Part shown: in pieces, positions 1 to 13,084 of the stretch
Layout: every line of letters starts with the position of its first letter
Position numbering within the stretch: position 1 is the first letter of the stretch
NCBI GenBank assembly: GCA_951406725.2
Contig: OX597817.1
Location: 16,430,001 to 16,494,000, forward strand
Direction: 5' to 3'
Source: Octopus vulgaris
Lineage: Eukaryota
Length of the DNA stretch: 64,000 bases
Notes under the pieces: model-generated
The model's input: the letters and a program-made list of their open reading frames with translations, nothing else
The model's database searches: none
What the model was told of the DNA's origin: nothing
Position numbers and translations under genes: made by a program

Positions 1-88
1 ACACACACAACGCCCGGTCTGGTAATCGAAACCGCAATCCTCTGACCGTGAGTTCGCTGCCCTAACCACCGGGCCATTGCACCTCTAC
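1..88 (-). mobile_element. SINE family D head (runs off the window)
   Basis: Reverse complement of GTGGAGGCGCAATGGCCCAGTGGTTAGGGCAGC... Confidence 0.8.
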
Positions 89-634
89 ACACACACACAC
101 ACACACACACATATAGGCATGTATATATAGACTCCTACTTCTACATATTTGTGTATGTATCTGAAAATGTGTGGGCCTGTAAAGGAAGGCATGCGAATGT
201 ATTTTTTCAATTATTCATTCAAGATCTAGAATATTCTATATAAATTGAAAGAGTTGTTGCTATGTGTGGTATTTTTAGGTGTGGTTAGTCTCTTACTCTT
301 TGTCCCCACCACCATTTTATTTGTTTTTTTTTATTTTTATTTTTTCATACATTGTTTGAAGTACTAATTTTTCTGTCTTTCCTTTCCAATCCTACCCTTC
401 GCTTTGTTCACATTGCATCCTCAGATGTCTGACTCTCACTCACTACTTCCTCACCTCTCTCTCTCCCTACCCCACCATGGATAAATTTTCAAAAGGAAGT
501 TTCTAACCCTTTCACATACTGTTTCTATTTTCACTTTTAATTTTCATGTTCCTTCTCCTTACCAAACTATCTTTTCTTGTCATTTTGTAGAATCCTCGCT
601 ATTATACCACTGTGAGTTGCATGAAACTTCTTAA

Positions 635-845
635 CCCTTTTGTTACTAAACCGGCTCTGGCTCTGTAGTACAAATGTCTTGTTTTCATAAGTTTTGCATC
701 AAAATATACCACCAAACCTTAGTTGCAATTTATATTTCTAACACTAGCTTAATGATAGCTAACTTATTTTACTAAATTTTTTGTTATATTTAAAATAATT
801 GAAAGAAACACAGAACATCTCAAAATAAATACAGTAACGAAAGGG
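635..845. mobile_element. piggyBac-type MITE
   Basis: TTAA on left; TIRs CCCTTTTGTTAC / GTAACGAAAGGG; homologous to copies at 28685 and 47594. Confidence 0.8.
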
Positions 846-1231
846 TAAGGCAGTATTCTATGGCCATATGCCCTTCCTGACAACAGTCATTATTAGTTTT
901 TCAAGTAATATATTTTATCCCATGTCTTTGCTTGTTGGACCACTGAACTGCTGAACTTTATGGTTTATGTAGGACATAAACTCACCACTGCCCAAGTTGT
1001 TTCAATACAAGGACATGCACATGCAACTACACATTCATATACATGTCTGTAGTACACATTAGTGCGGGAATGGATGTGTGGTAAGAAGTTTGCTTCCTAA
1101 CCACATGGTTCTGGGTTCAGTCCCACTACATGGCACTTTGGGCAAGAGTCTTTTTCTTTAACTTCAAGCCAACCAAAGCTTTGTGAGTGGATTTGGTTGA
1201 CAGAAACTGAAAGAAGTCTGTTATATATATA

Positions 1232-1502
1232 TCATCATCATCATCGTTTAACGTCCGCTTTCCATGCTAGCATGGGTTGGACGGTTCAACTGGGGTCTGG
1301 GAAGCCCGAAGGCTGCACCAGGCCAGTCAGATCTGGCAGTGTTTCTACAGCTGGATGCCCTTCCTAACCCCAACCACTCCGTGAGTGTAGTGGGTGCTTT
1401 TTATGTACCACCGGCACGGAGGCCAGGCGAGGCTGGCACAGCCACGATCAGATGGTGTTTGTTACGTGCCACCAGCATGGAGGCCAGGCGAGGCTGGCAC
1501 AG
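1232..1502 (-). mobile_element. RTE 3'-UTR fragment nested in a SINE
   Basis: (CAT)n CGTTTAACGTCCGCTTTCCATGCTAGCATGG... identical in type to the end of the RTE at 49480. Confidence 0.85.
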
Positions 1503-1578
1503 CTATGTGTGTCTTTGTGTTTGTCCCCCACTACCATACTTGACAACCAGTGGTTCAGTAAAAAGTGACTGATAGAAT

Positions 1579-1814
1579 CATGGGCCCAGGTGCAGAGGGG
1601 TGCAAGTGCACTTCTTAAAATTTTTGGTGCAAAATCAAAATTTGCAACCCTACTTACTTTTTTTCATATTTAAGAAACAATATGTAAAAGTAGCTTAAAA
1701 TTAGGTTTCTTCTAAAGAACAAAAATAAATAGATGAAACAACTCCTTATTTGTAAAAAAAAAATTGGGGATTTGGGATTGCACCCCCTAAGCAAATTTCA
1801 TTCCTGAGCTAGTG
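1579..1814. mobile_element. hAT-type MITE nested in a SINE
   Basis: 8-bp TSD GATAGAAT (1571-1578, 1815-1822); imperfect TIRs CATGGGCCCAGG / CCTGAGCTAGTG. Confidence 0.65.
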
Positions 1815-2148
1815 GATAGAATAAATACCAGGCTTAAAATAAAAATAAGTATTAAGATCCTTCAAGGAGGTGCCACAGCATGGCCAGTCTGATTAATGAA
1901 ACAAATAAAAGATTAATACTGTCTCATGAAGTCTCACTTAACCTAAACCTTACAGAAAAAAGCAGTTGTGAAAATGGCATTAGGAAGGGCATCTAACCAT
2001 AGAAAACCATGCCAAATCAGACTGGAGTCTGATGCACCTTCCAGCTTACCAGTCCTGGTCAAACTGTCCAACCCATGCCAGCGTGGGCAGTGGATGTTAA
2101 ATAATGATGATGATGATAAATTCTTTTAGCAAAACAAAGGAACTTATA

Positions 2149-2546
2149 GGCGCAGGAGTGGCTGTGTGGTAAGTAGCTTGCTTACCAACCACATGGTTCC
2201 GGGTTCAGTTCCACTGCATGGCATCTTGGGCAAGTGTCTTCTGCTATAGCCCCGGGCCGACCAATGCCTTGTGAGTGGATTTGGTAGACGGAAACTGAAA
2301 GAAGCCTGTCGTATATATATATATAAGTGTGTATATGTTTGTGTGTCTGTGTTTGTCCCCCTAGCATTGTTTGACAATTGATGCTGGTGTGTTTACGTCC
2401 CCGTCACTTAGCAGTTCGGCAAAAGAGACCGATAGAATAAGTACTGGGCTTACAAAGAATAAGTCCCGGGGTCGATTTGCTCGACTAAAGGTGGTGTTCC
2501 AGCATGGCCGCAGTCAAATGACTGAAACAAGTAAAAGAGTAAAGAG
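2149..2546 (+). mobile_element. tRNA-derived SINE family A, full length
   Basis: GGCGCAGGAGTGGCTGTGTGG (A box) ... GGTTCAGT (B box), internal TA/TG microsatellite, GACTGAAACAAGTAAAAGAG tail. Confidence 0.9.
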
Positions 2547-3284
2547 TTATATAGCATAACTGTAAAAAGAAAAGCAAAAAAATAAGAACACTCATGAAAT
2601 CAGAAGAGTATCCAGCTTCATTTCACAATGGTCCGCAAAACTCATTGGTTGTATCTACATATGTATACACACACAAACATGCACATATAGAAATAACTGG
2701 TTGCTGTTTATCTATTTCATCTATCTCATCTTTACGACTTAGGTCAAAGATGAATGGCTGAAATGCTAGACTGCTTGACTAAGTCTTGTAATCGTTTAGT
2801 TCAGGGTATGAAATAAGAAAAATTGATCATTGCATAATTTGCTCAGCCTATGCCCTGGCTGGCTCCAATGATTATCTTACTCAGGCATATATGCTATCAT
2901 GTCTGTACTACTAAGTATATTATGAATTTTCTCAGAAATCCTTTATTGTGGTTATTGATTACTTCTATCACTTAAGTCTCGGATGCATTCATCTGCCAAC
3001 TCATATGAGACAGTGAAGAAGTATACTTGATTGTCGTTTAAAAATATGTCTAAAAAAAGGAAGCGTAACAAAAATATCAGAAAACTTATTGAAAACTGTT
3101 TAATGTCTAGAAAACTGTTTTATCCTATACACTTACAACATTGTCAGCAACAACAAACAGCTTGAATCAGATATGAATGTCGATAGCAAGCAAGCGAATT
3201 CGTGTTCCAGTATTCACTGAAAAGTGCTCACTTTAACAAATATTACACAAAGTCTGCAAGCATTTAGTAAATAATTGTACATGT

Positions 3285-3690
3285 GCACTAATGTTGCACG
3301 TCCAACAGAGTATACTACCTTTCTTTTTCTCCAGTCTACGCATGTCTTCTGCATTCAGAACCAATGTCTCACTACCACGGAGTAAAGTCGTTCATGCACA
3401 AGTATCATACAGTCTACCTTCCACTCTGAGAGAGAGTACTTTTGCTGCCAACAGAGGTAATAGCTCTCTGAACTTCCTCCACCCTATTCTTATTCTAGGA
3501 ACAATACTTTCAGAGCATCCTCCACCGTTGCTAATTTGGTCACTTAGGTAACAGAAACTATCTATAACCTCAAGAGAGCCTCCTGGGCATTTGAGAGAAT
3601 CTAATTCCTGTGTGCCCTTAGTGCTTATTCTTCCTACACATCTGCCACATACAATACTTGGGCCAACTTTTTGATACAAAGAGAACACCT
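3285..3690 (-). mobile_element. RTE LINE fragment
   Basis: ORF 3392..3688: CGRC...LEVIDSFCYLSDQ...GWRKFRELLPLL; same family as 27558 and 57355. Confidence 0.8.
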
Positions 3691-4256
3691 ATGTATAGTC
3701 AATCCTTATTACATTTGTATAAAATGTATTTCTTTTGAGAGAAAAGTGGTAAGATCTAACTTCAGAAAGTTGTATTTTTGTTTTTGTTTGTTTGTTTTTT
3801 ATATCTCTTAGCTTTTCTATTAATTTGGTCAAATTTAACTCTTTACCTATCTAAGGCATTTTCATAAGTTTATCCTAAATTTCCATGTTTGTTTTCAGAA
3901 TTTTAGTTAATCCTTGTTTCATAGATTTTTGAGTAATATAAAACATTCTTTTCATAAGTCCCCTGTTACTCTGGTGGGTGAAAAAAATTGAGATTATATA
4001 TCATATACGATTCATCGACACGTCAGGGAAATATATGTCTTGTGTATCACTTCTGATACACAGGTCAAGCAAAGGCGTTAAATGTTTTGTAAACTATTTT
4101 AGTTTGTAACCCTTTTCTGAGTTATTAAGTTTGTATTTGTTCTGAAGTTTGTCGTTGTGACTTGTGGGAAAAAAATATAGCAATTCTACCAGCGTTTTAC
4201 AATATTTTGAATTTTTGCGACTGAGTTGAAGATGTCCTTTACTACAGCTGCTAAGT

Positions 4257-4576
4257 TCATCATCATCATCATCATCATCGTTTAGCGTCCGCTTTCCATG
4301 CTGGCATGGGTTGGACAGTGCAACTGGGGTCTGGGAAGCCAGAAGGCTGCACCAGGCCCAGTCTGATCTGGCAATGTTTCTACGGCTGGATGCCCTTCCT
4401 TACGCCAACCACTCCATAAGTGTAGTGGGTGCTTTTTACGTGCCACCACCACAGGTGCCAGTCAAGGCTGACAAACAGCCATGATCGGATGGTGCTTTTT
4501 ACGTGCCACCGGCACGGGGGCCAGGCCAGGCTGGCAAATGGCCATGATCGGATGGTGCTTTTTACATGCCACCGGT
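4257..4576 (-). mobile_element. RTE 3'-UTR fragment
   Basis: (CAT)n tail, shared core and ~60-bp units. Confidence 0.85.
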
Positions 4577-6160
4577 TATGTGTTGCATATACTGATTTCA
4601 ACATAAGATGCTTAACACCAAGCTCTTCCTTCAGGCAATCCGTCTTTGCACACATACCAATGTATCTTCCTGTGTTTTTAATGTCTCCACTGGTTGTTAA
4701 ATGATTTATGTTTTACTGACCATTATTGAACTGCATAAACTGCTTTGTGCCTCTGAAAAATGCTTGTTCATGCCCTGCTGCACTAGATTCAATTATTTCA
4801 CCAATTCCTAATCAAATTTCCTTCTTTACTATAACTGACTATAATTTTCAGCTTTAGAACCTGGGTATTTTCTCAGATGAGTCATTATATTTGAAGGAGG
4901 TAGCTTGAATAGAAGAGATTTGCTGTAAAAATCAGTATAGATCAGTTTGGATAATAGCTCTTAAGAATTCATTGTGAAGGACAGGATTAATGTACTGAAG
5001 TTCAAAAATCAATTGTATTATATGGAGTAAATGGCTTATTACAGTAGGGTAGCCAGTTGTTTGTCACAAATGTGATTTGGCATCATTGGTCCACAAATTT
5101 TGTCACAAAGTTGTTTGTTTGCACTACTTAATTGCTTACCACACACACACCCATTGAACTTCAGATGCCTTTTCAGTTTCTTTTCTTGAAGAAATTTTCA
5201 AGCATCCTTGATTAACATCATTCTGAATGTGATTTTCAACAACTTTTTAATATTTGGTTCACTCATCTGTGTATATGGTAGACAGCCAGTGGGGATAATT
5301 TTCATGCCTTAAGAACTCCAATATTGTCATTTCACAGTCTACTTCTGAAATTTCACAATCCTGTTTCTGAAATACTTTCTTTGTGACTGGATGGAATATC
5401 TTCAGATATTTCACTTTAACAGATGTATCATACTTCATGATTCACACAGGTATACCACCAGGTGGATGTTTATGACTAATTTCATCTGGTTCATTTCTAT
5501 TCCACACTTGTTATTCATCATCATCATCATCATCATCGTCGTTTAGTGTCCGCTTTCCATGCTAGCATGGGTTGGACGGTTCAACTGGGGTCTGGGAAGC
5601 CAGAAGGCTGCACCAGGCCCAGTTTGATCTGGCAATGTTTCTACAGCTGGATGCCCTTCCTAACGCCAACCACTCCATGAGTGTAGTGGGTGCTTTTTAC
5701 GTGCCACTGGCACAGGTGCCAGACGAGTCTGGCAAACGGTCACGATCGGATGGTGTTTTTAATGTGCCACCGGCACTGGGGCCAGGCGAGACTGGCAACG
5801 GCCACGATCTGATGGTGCTTTTTACGTGCCACCGGCACGAGGCCAGTCGGGGCGGCGCTGGCAACAGCCACGAATGGACGGTGGATTTTATGTGCCACCG
5901 GCACAAGGCCAGTTGGGGCGGCGCTGGCAGCTCCTGATAAATCACACTCAGACTCTGCAACTGACTATGGTGACACTGAGATTGTGACACCCTCGAAAAA
6001 TAATCCAAAATTATTTTCTTTTTCTTCTGCATGGTATAGAGTTGTAGTCAGACTCATCTACTGAGTTCATCTTTGATGCCATTTACTCAGTTCTAAATAA
6101 AAAAAAAGACTTTTTCATGAAAGCCAGGATTGATGTATTGAAATTCAAAATCAGTTGTAT
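4577..6160 (-). mobile_element. Decayed hAT-like transposase relic, interrupted by RTE tails
   Basis: Frameshifted minus-strand peptides LQYINPVLHNEFLRAIIQTD, GIGEIIESSAAG, HLTTSGDIKNTGRYIG resemble hAT/ZNF862-like motifs; second DFEFQYINPGFH piece near 6115-6160. Confidence 0.45.
5515..5931 (-). mobile_element. RTE 3'-UTR fragment (about 4 units)
   Basis: (CAT)n tail, shared core and tandem units. Confidence 0.85.
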
Positions 6161-6456
6161 CAATATGCTTGAAATTGGAACAGGAATTATTGGATATGAT
6201 AGTAAACATGAAATTTTATCTTCGGTGGAGTACAGGCAAATAAAAAAATCTCGTCTGTGACCTATTTTAAAGTATTTTCTACTTCTAGGTACTCGAGTGA
6301 CATATGTTACACTTTGTACCTTTCTGACATCAAGCCAGTCACGATGTCACCATTCTGTTCTAACAAGATCATTAACCAACAGATGGTACCAGTGGAAGGA
6401 CAGAGTAGTAGCACCACACATTTTTTGGTGTTCTTGTTTCTCTTGATCTTAGTAGT

Positions 6457-6853
6457 TTTACTTTTACTCTTTTACTTGTTTCAGTCATTTGACTGCGGCC
6501 ATGCTGGAGCACCGCCTTTAGTCGAGCAAATCAACCCCGGGACTTATTCTTTGTAAGCCCAGTACTTATTCTATCGGTCTCTTTTGCCGAACCGCTAAGT
6601 GACGGGGACATAAAGACACCAGCATCGGTTGTCAAGCAATGCTGGTGGGGACAAACACAGACACACACATACACACAAATACATATATACGACAGGCTTC
6701 TTTCAGTTTCCATCTACCAAATCCACTCACAAGGCATTGGTCGGCCCAAGGCTATAGTAGAAGACACTTGCCCAAGATGCCACGCAGTGGGACTGAACCC
6801 AGAACCATGTGGTTGGTAAGCAAGCTACTTACCACACAGCCACTCCTGCGCCT
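6457..6853 (-). mobile_element. SINE family A, full length
   Basis: Reverse complement of the 2149 copy. Confidence 0.9.
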
Positions 6854-7420
6854 ACAGGATTTATTTCAAATTTGCATACAAATTTGAAATAAATTTATTG
6901 ATAATTCTGTGTTAGTTGAACGAAAATAGAAAGAAATCAAATTAAACTTTACATGATTCTCTATGGCATTGTTTCATTACTGTACAAAATGTGGATGATC
7001 ATTGTAAATTTGAAGATCGCTGCATACTGATATAATTTCATCTCTGAATAGTTCAGAGGACATTGATATTTCTGTCCTCATAAAATAATAAACAAATCAT
7101 AGCTTACAGAATCAGATATGTCAGATAATGGATAATATCAAAGTGTGTGTTACATAAATGGCAATATGTATCATTTACAATGTAAACTTAATTAGCTATG
7201 AATAAATAGATATATTTCGTAAGTAGATCAATGCATCATGTAATCCATTGAAGTGTAAAAATATCACTAAAAAAGTTTCATCTTCATACAGTGAAGAGTA
7301 AGCTTCATAGAGCCCATCCCCAGATGAACAAGCCTTATTAATCAAATGAAGGACCATCTACATGGTTGTTCAGCCTGCTAAAAAGAGGAACCAATTTCAT
7401 CTCAAAATATTCTGTATTAT

Positions 7421-7625
7421 AATCTTTTATCTATATGACACAATCAATGTAGGTATATTGTTGAAAAGTCAGAAGCTGCAGTTGTCATATCATAAAGGAT
7501 CCCTTTATGGATGTGGTGTGTTAAACATACTATGTCTATAAAGGGATCCTTTCTCAAGATGACCACTGCAGTGTCAAACTTTTCAAAAATATATTTACAT
7601 TGAGCATGTATTATAGATAAAGATT
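7421..7625. repeat. ~205-bp imperfect palindrome (fold-back)
   Basis: Arms pair nearly to the centre near 7522, including AAAGGATCCCTTTAT / ATAAAGGGATCCTTT. Confidence 0.85.
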
Positions 7626-8231
7626 TTACTCCAGAGCTGATACTATTGCGTAATTTGAACACTTTATTATCATATCATTAAAAAAAGAACAGACATTGGA
7701 TATAATTGCTTGAAAATAAAATGAGATGGCCATGAATGGAATGCTTTGATTATAGGTATTTATAAGGAGAGTTGAACACAAAGCAGTAAATGAGCAAAAA
7801 TTTGCTAGCTGCCAAATTTTATTGAGCTTTCAGCAAATCTCTTACCTCATTTAGATCTAGTTCGGACAAGCAATCAGGGTTTAAGTGTCAGGACCATAAA
7901 AACACTATGAAACCATGAGCAAAATGCAAGTCATAAACTCTTTGAGATAAAGCAGTGCTCTATCAATTTAACCCACAACTTTCTTCCACAGATTACAACA
8001 CTTGAAAGTAAATAAACACAAAATAGTTTATAATATCAGATATTTTAAACCATTGGTTCTTATATGGTAAGCTGCAATGCATTGATATGCTTTACATTTA
8101 AAAAAATATAATTTAATTCTTTAGAAAATCCATTCTGTAACTTGAGTATCTTGAAATTTATTATTCCCAATTTTGTAATTTAAGATTTTGTACTTCACAT
8201 GTATGATTAATATATATGTGTGTTTGTGTGT

Positions 8232-8545
8232 GTGGAGGCGCAATGGCCCAGTGGTTAGGGCAGCGGACTCGTGGTCGTAGGATTGCGGTTTCGATTCCTA
8301 GAGCAGGCTTTGTGTGTGTTTATTGAGCAAAAACACCTAAAGCTCCATGAGGCTCCGGCAGGGAGTGGTGGCGACCCCTGTTGTACTTTTTTGCCCCAAC
8401 TTTCTCTCACTCTTTCTTCTTGTTTCTTGGGTAAAGCTGCGATGGACTGGTGTCCCATCCAGCTGGGGGGAACACATATGCCACAGAAACTGGGAAACCG
8501 GGACCATGAGCCTGGTTAGACTTGAAAAGGGCGCATAAATAAATA
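8232..8545 (+). mobile_element. tRNA-derived SINE family D, tail type 1
   Basis: A box TGGCCCAGTGG, B box GGTTTCGATTCC; V-domain-like CTGCGATGGACTGGTGTCCCATCCAG in the 3' part. Confidence 0.85.
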
Positions 8546-8593
<48 letters not shown>

Positions 8594-8722
8594 TACAAAA
8601 TTAGAAAATGGAGAAACATACTTAAATCAATGAAACATCAACCATCAGATGATACCCAATCAATACAGCAGTATATTGGATATATGTTATCCCATGGTGG
8701 GTTGAATTTCCAACCCCTATCT

Positions 8723-8767
<45 letters not shown>

Positions 8768-8769
8768 CA

Positions 8770-9503
8770 TATTTTATCGTTAACTTGCTTCAGTCAATGG
8801 CTGCAGCCCTGCTAAGATATTACCTTGAATGATTTAGTCAAACAAATCAACCCTCGGAAAAGAGGATAAAAACCCCCTTTGGTCATGAATGACCATGGGA
8901 TTGCACCTTGAAAGTTCCTCCCCGAGGCATGAGTCCAGGAAAGGTTGTTTATGACAGACCAGCAGTTGCTCATGCATACCAGCCTCCCCGTCTCCATGCC
9001 ACTGCTGTTATCCAAGGGAAAGGTAAAGGCCAATACAGTTTGGCACCAGTGATGTTGCAATTCTTTGTACAGCTGAGTGAATCGGAACAATGTGAAATAA
9101 AGTGTCATGTTCAAGAACACAATACACAGCCTGGTCTGGAAACCGAACCCACTACCTTGTGATTGTGAGCCCGATGCTCTAACCACTGAGTCATGCGCCT
9201 CAGTACTTATTTTCTAAAGCCTGTTTCTAATTTTATTGGGGTTTTTTTGCCAAATTGCTAAGTTATGGGGACATAATCAAACCAACACCAGTTGTCAAGC
9301 AGTGATGGGGGACAAACACAACATAAACAGACACATTTATAATGCGCTTTCTTTCAGTTTTTGTCTACCAAATTCACTCACAAAGCATTGGTCAGCCCAG
9401 GGCTATTGCAGTAAACACTTTACCAAGATATTGTGCTGTGGGGTTGAACCCGAAATTATGTGGTTGTAAAGCAAGCATCTTAACCACACAGCCATACCTG
9501 AAC
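8770..9503 (-). mobile_element. Older SINE family A copy containing a family E SINE
   Basis: Tail at 8770-8855, body resumes at 9202. Confidence 0.7.
8856..9201 (-). mobile_element. tRNA-derived SINE family E
   Basis: Minus strand GAGGCGCATGACTCAGTGGTTAGAGC...GGTTCGGTTTCC head followed by a CORE/V-like TGTGTTCTTGAACATGACACTT segment. Confidence 0.75.
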
Positions 9504-9837
9504 CTATATAAGCATTAATTTCCTATATTTTCCTAAATTTTAAACTTTTTTTTTTGAACACCAAATCTGTAAGTAATTTCTTCTACACTTCCATATGTTT
9601 GATCTCATGTGCCTCAGTATCGAAAAAATTGAAAAGCAACTGCTTAAAATTCTATTGTTGGTGTATTTTCTCTGAAACAAAGAGCCTACTTTAAAAGCTG
9701 TGTTAGTTCTTTAATCCACTGTAAATATTATTATATTTAATAGGCTTAGTTAAATATAAAAATCAAGAGTAGGTAATACTGGTAGTGAGCTTTGTGACTG
9801 GCTGGTTTTACAGCAACTATGGTGGTGCTGGTGGCGA

Positions 9838-9858
9838 TAGTAGCAGTTGTAGTAGTAA

Positions 9859-9912
<54 letters not shown>

Positions 9913-9924
9913 TAGTAGTAGTAG
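9838..9924. repeat. (TAG)n microsatellite
   Basis: Direct reading. Confidence 0.95.
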
Positions 9925-10509
9925 TCCTTCTTGTTGAATGGACCTCATTAAATTAGATTAGGTGATGGAGTTAGATATCTAATTGTTAATGACCCACAAA
10001 CTAAGAATGATCGGAAATTTATATTTTGATTAGCATTCAAGACATGACAATCTGTTATGTATTCCACTGCATCTGTCTTGCACTGCATCTGTCTTGGTTT
10101 TAGAAACTGTAACTTGTAAAATCATACTGGCCAAATAAATAACAAAGGAAAGCAGAAGTCTGAGTAAATTTTGTGACTGAAGTCAAAATTTTTCATCACC
10201 ATCATCATTGTCATCATCGTTATCATTGCTTTCCCACTGCTGGCATGAGATAGGTTGGAAAGGAATGAACACCACCACTTGTCTCAAATTTTTGTTATCT
10301 TGTATTGTATCTAATCTTGTATTGAAATCTGCTACAGGCACTTTCCCCCACCTCTACTCATCCCCCTATTTGCATCACATCTCCATACCAATGTTGTCAT
10401 GGTGCCTATATACATCAACTGAAGCTCTCCTTTAATACACAGCTGCTCTCTCTCTCTCACTCTGTTCATTACTGCTTTCATTCTATGCTGCTTATTATTA
10501 CTCTTTTCA

Positions 10510-10727
10510 AGAGCAGTAAGCTGGCAGAACTGTTAGCACGCCGGGCAAAAAGCTCAGCAGCATATTGTCGAGCTTTACGTTCAGAGTTCAAATTCTGCTG
10601 AGGTCAACTTTACCTTTCATCCATTCAGGGTTGATAAAATAAGTACTAGTTGAATACAGGGGTTGGTGTAATTGATTTAACCCCTCCCTTGAAATTACTA
10701 GCCTTGTGTCAAAATTTTAAACCAATA
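10510..10727 (+). mobile_element. SINE family C (Deu/Nin-domain-like), diverged
   Basis: GCTGGCAGAA...GAGTTCAAATT...CCTTTCATCC...GATAAAATAAGTAC. Confidence 0.75.
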
Positions 10728-11347
10728 TTCCTCATTTCTTTTCTTGTTTTTCTTCAACGTCCGTGTCTCACTACCAAGCAGTATTACACACTTTAGAAAT
10801 GTTTCATACAGATTGCTTTTGCTCTGTGCATGTCTGTTTGTGAGAGAGAGAATGAGAGAGAGAGAGCAAGAGACATAGAGAGTAAGAAGCGAGAGAGAGA
10901 AAAACCCTCCATTACTCTGGCTACTATAGAATTGCTACAATGTCTACTGCAAATTAGGTCACCACCTAACAACTACATCTGGTAAACCTGACTGATCAGT
11001 TTGTAGACGTACTTTCAAGGGTACTCCTACTGTTAATCATATCTGTGCCTCTATTATAACCACAGTCTTATGTGTACTCATTATTTACAATGAATACACA
11101 TTGACATACTACTGACATATCAAACTAGACCTCATATCTCATTGAGATTTGGTACTTTTTGTTACTAACAAAATGGTTTTCGCCACTTATATTTCAAGTG
11201 ATTGAACAATTCCACATTCATTGTAACTTTCTCAGCAGGCCTTTAACAAACTCTTCAATGAGAACTGAAGATTCATCATTTACTTTTTAATATGCTCAAA
11301 ATCTATTCCAAATGATATCCAGTCTAGAATCCCTTTATCATAGTCTT

Positions 11348-11614
11348 CATCATCATCGTTTAACGTCCGTTCTCCATGCTAGCATGAGTTGGACGGTTCG
11401 ACCGGGGATCTGGGAAGCCAGAAGGCTGCACCAGGCTCCAGTCTGATCTGGCAGTGTTTCTACTGCTGGATGCCCTTCCTAATGCCAACCACTCCGTGAG
11501 TGTAGTGGGTGCTTTTTACGTGCCACCTGCACAGGTGCCAGGCAAGGCTGGCAACGGCCACGGTCGGATTGGTGCATTTTACATGCCACCGGCACAGAAG
11601 CCAGTCGAGGCGGC
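11348..11614 (-). mobile_element. RTE 3'-UTR fragment
   Basis: Same family core. Confidence 0.85.
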
Positions 11615-12069
11615 AAGAGCTATAATTAAAATGAGGGGTTTGGGAGCAGAAACCTAATGACTATCCACATACAATATTCTTCCCTGTACTCCCTGCCAAT
11701 CTTCTTCTTACTAACTCTTATGCATGGTTTGAATAATTCTTACAAGTCTTTTGTCTACATTAAGTGGTTTTCATCTTTTGCTGCTCAGCATCACATTTCA
11801 CTGGAAAAGCAGTTATTTCAATCAAACAGAAGCCAATCTCGCTAATATTGTCCACATTTTCTTATACTATACAATCTAGTATGTACTTCTTCCAGATATT
11901 TGCCCTCTAGGTGAAATTTATGTGGAAATTATCAAAGAAGACAAGGACTTCTATAATGAAATTGTATTGGATCTTGTTTCATTATCAGCCATGTCTTCTC
12001 CTCACTAATAACATAATATCCAACTCATATTCGAATTCAAAAAGTATTTTTGACAATATATTTAAAATA

Positions 12070-12475
12070 AGAGCAGGCATAGCTGTGTGGTATGAAGTTT
12101 GCTTCCCAACCACATGGTTCCAGGTTCAGTCCCACTGTGTGCATCTCGGGCAAGTACCTTCTTCTATAGCCTCAGGCCGATCAAAGCCTTGTGAGTAGAT
12201 TGGTAGATGGAAACTGAAAGAAGCTCATCATATATATATATATATATATCTATATGTATATGTTTGTGCATCTGTGTTTGTCCTCCGCCCTCACTATTGC
12301 TTGACATCCGATGTTGGTGTGTTTACATCCCCATAACTTACCAGTTTAGCAAAAAACACTGATAGAATAAGTACTAGGCATACAAAGAATAAGTTCTAGG
12401 GTTGATTTGTTTGACTAAAGGTGGTGCTCCAGCATGGCCACAGTCAAATTACCAAGACAAATAAAAGAATAAAAT
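12070..12475 (+). mobile_element. SINE family A, diverged
   Basis: Colinear with the 2149 copy. Confidence 0.85.
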
Positions 12476-12728
12476 ATAAGTATTGTACCTAGCTTAGATA
12501 TTATATTTCTAAGAAAGACCATCATAATTTTTCTAAACACTAAATACCCTCACCCACTGCCACCACCACCATATCTCCACAGTGCCCCACTTTAACCTGA
12601 ATGGTTATCCTTAACCTAAGGATAGGCTTGTCAAACCAGATTAAGAACCACTGGTGTCTAATTAGGTTTTCAGTTTTCACCAAACTCTAGGCCATTAAAC
12701 TCTGTCAAAGACTTTCTACAGATCAAAC

Positions 12729-13084
12729 GTGGAGGCGCAATGGCCCAGTGGTTAGGGCAGCGGACTCGCGGTCGTAGGATCACGGTTTCGATTCCCAGAC
12801 CGGGCATTGTGAGTGTTTATTGAGCGAAAACACCTAAAGCTTCACGAGGCTCCTGCAGGGGGTGGTGGTAAACCCTGCTGTACTCTTTCACCACAACTTT
12901 CTCTCACTCTTTCTTCCTGTTTCTGTTGTACCTGTACTTCAAAGGGCCAGCCTTGTCACACTCTGTGTCACGCTGAATCTCCTTGAGAACTACGTTAAGG
13001 GTACACGTGTCTGTGGAGTGCTCAGCCACTTGCACGTTAATTCCACGAGCAAGCTGTTCGTAACCGACGGAGTGCTAGAAGAAG
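12729..13084 (+). mobile_element. SINE family D, tail type 2
   Basis: 11-bp TSD ACAGATCAAAC. Confidence 0.9.

Larger units (their letters stand above)
1063..1912 (+). mobile_element. tRNA-derived SINE family A, older copy split by two insertions
   Basis: Head at 1063, body resumes at 1503 and 1815. Confidence 0.75.

Noticed and set aside
11000-12030. Possible host-gene exons upstream of Rab2
   Set aside because: Only stop-ridden fragments resembling a LINE RT; too decayed to call.
12729-12805. tRNA genes in family A, D and E heads
   Set aside because: A and B boxes present, but they continue into SINE bodies with TSDs and lack a clean cloverleaf.
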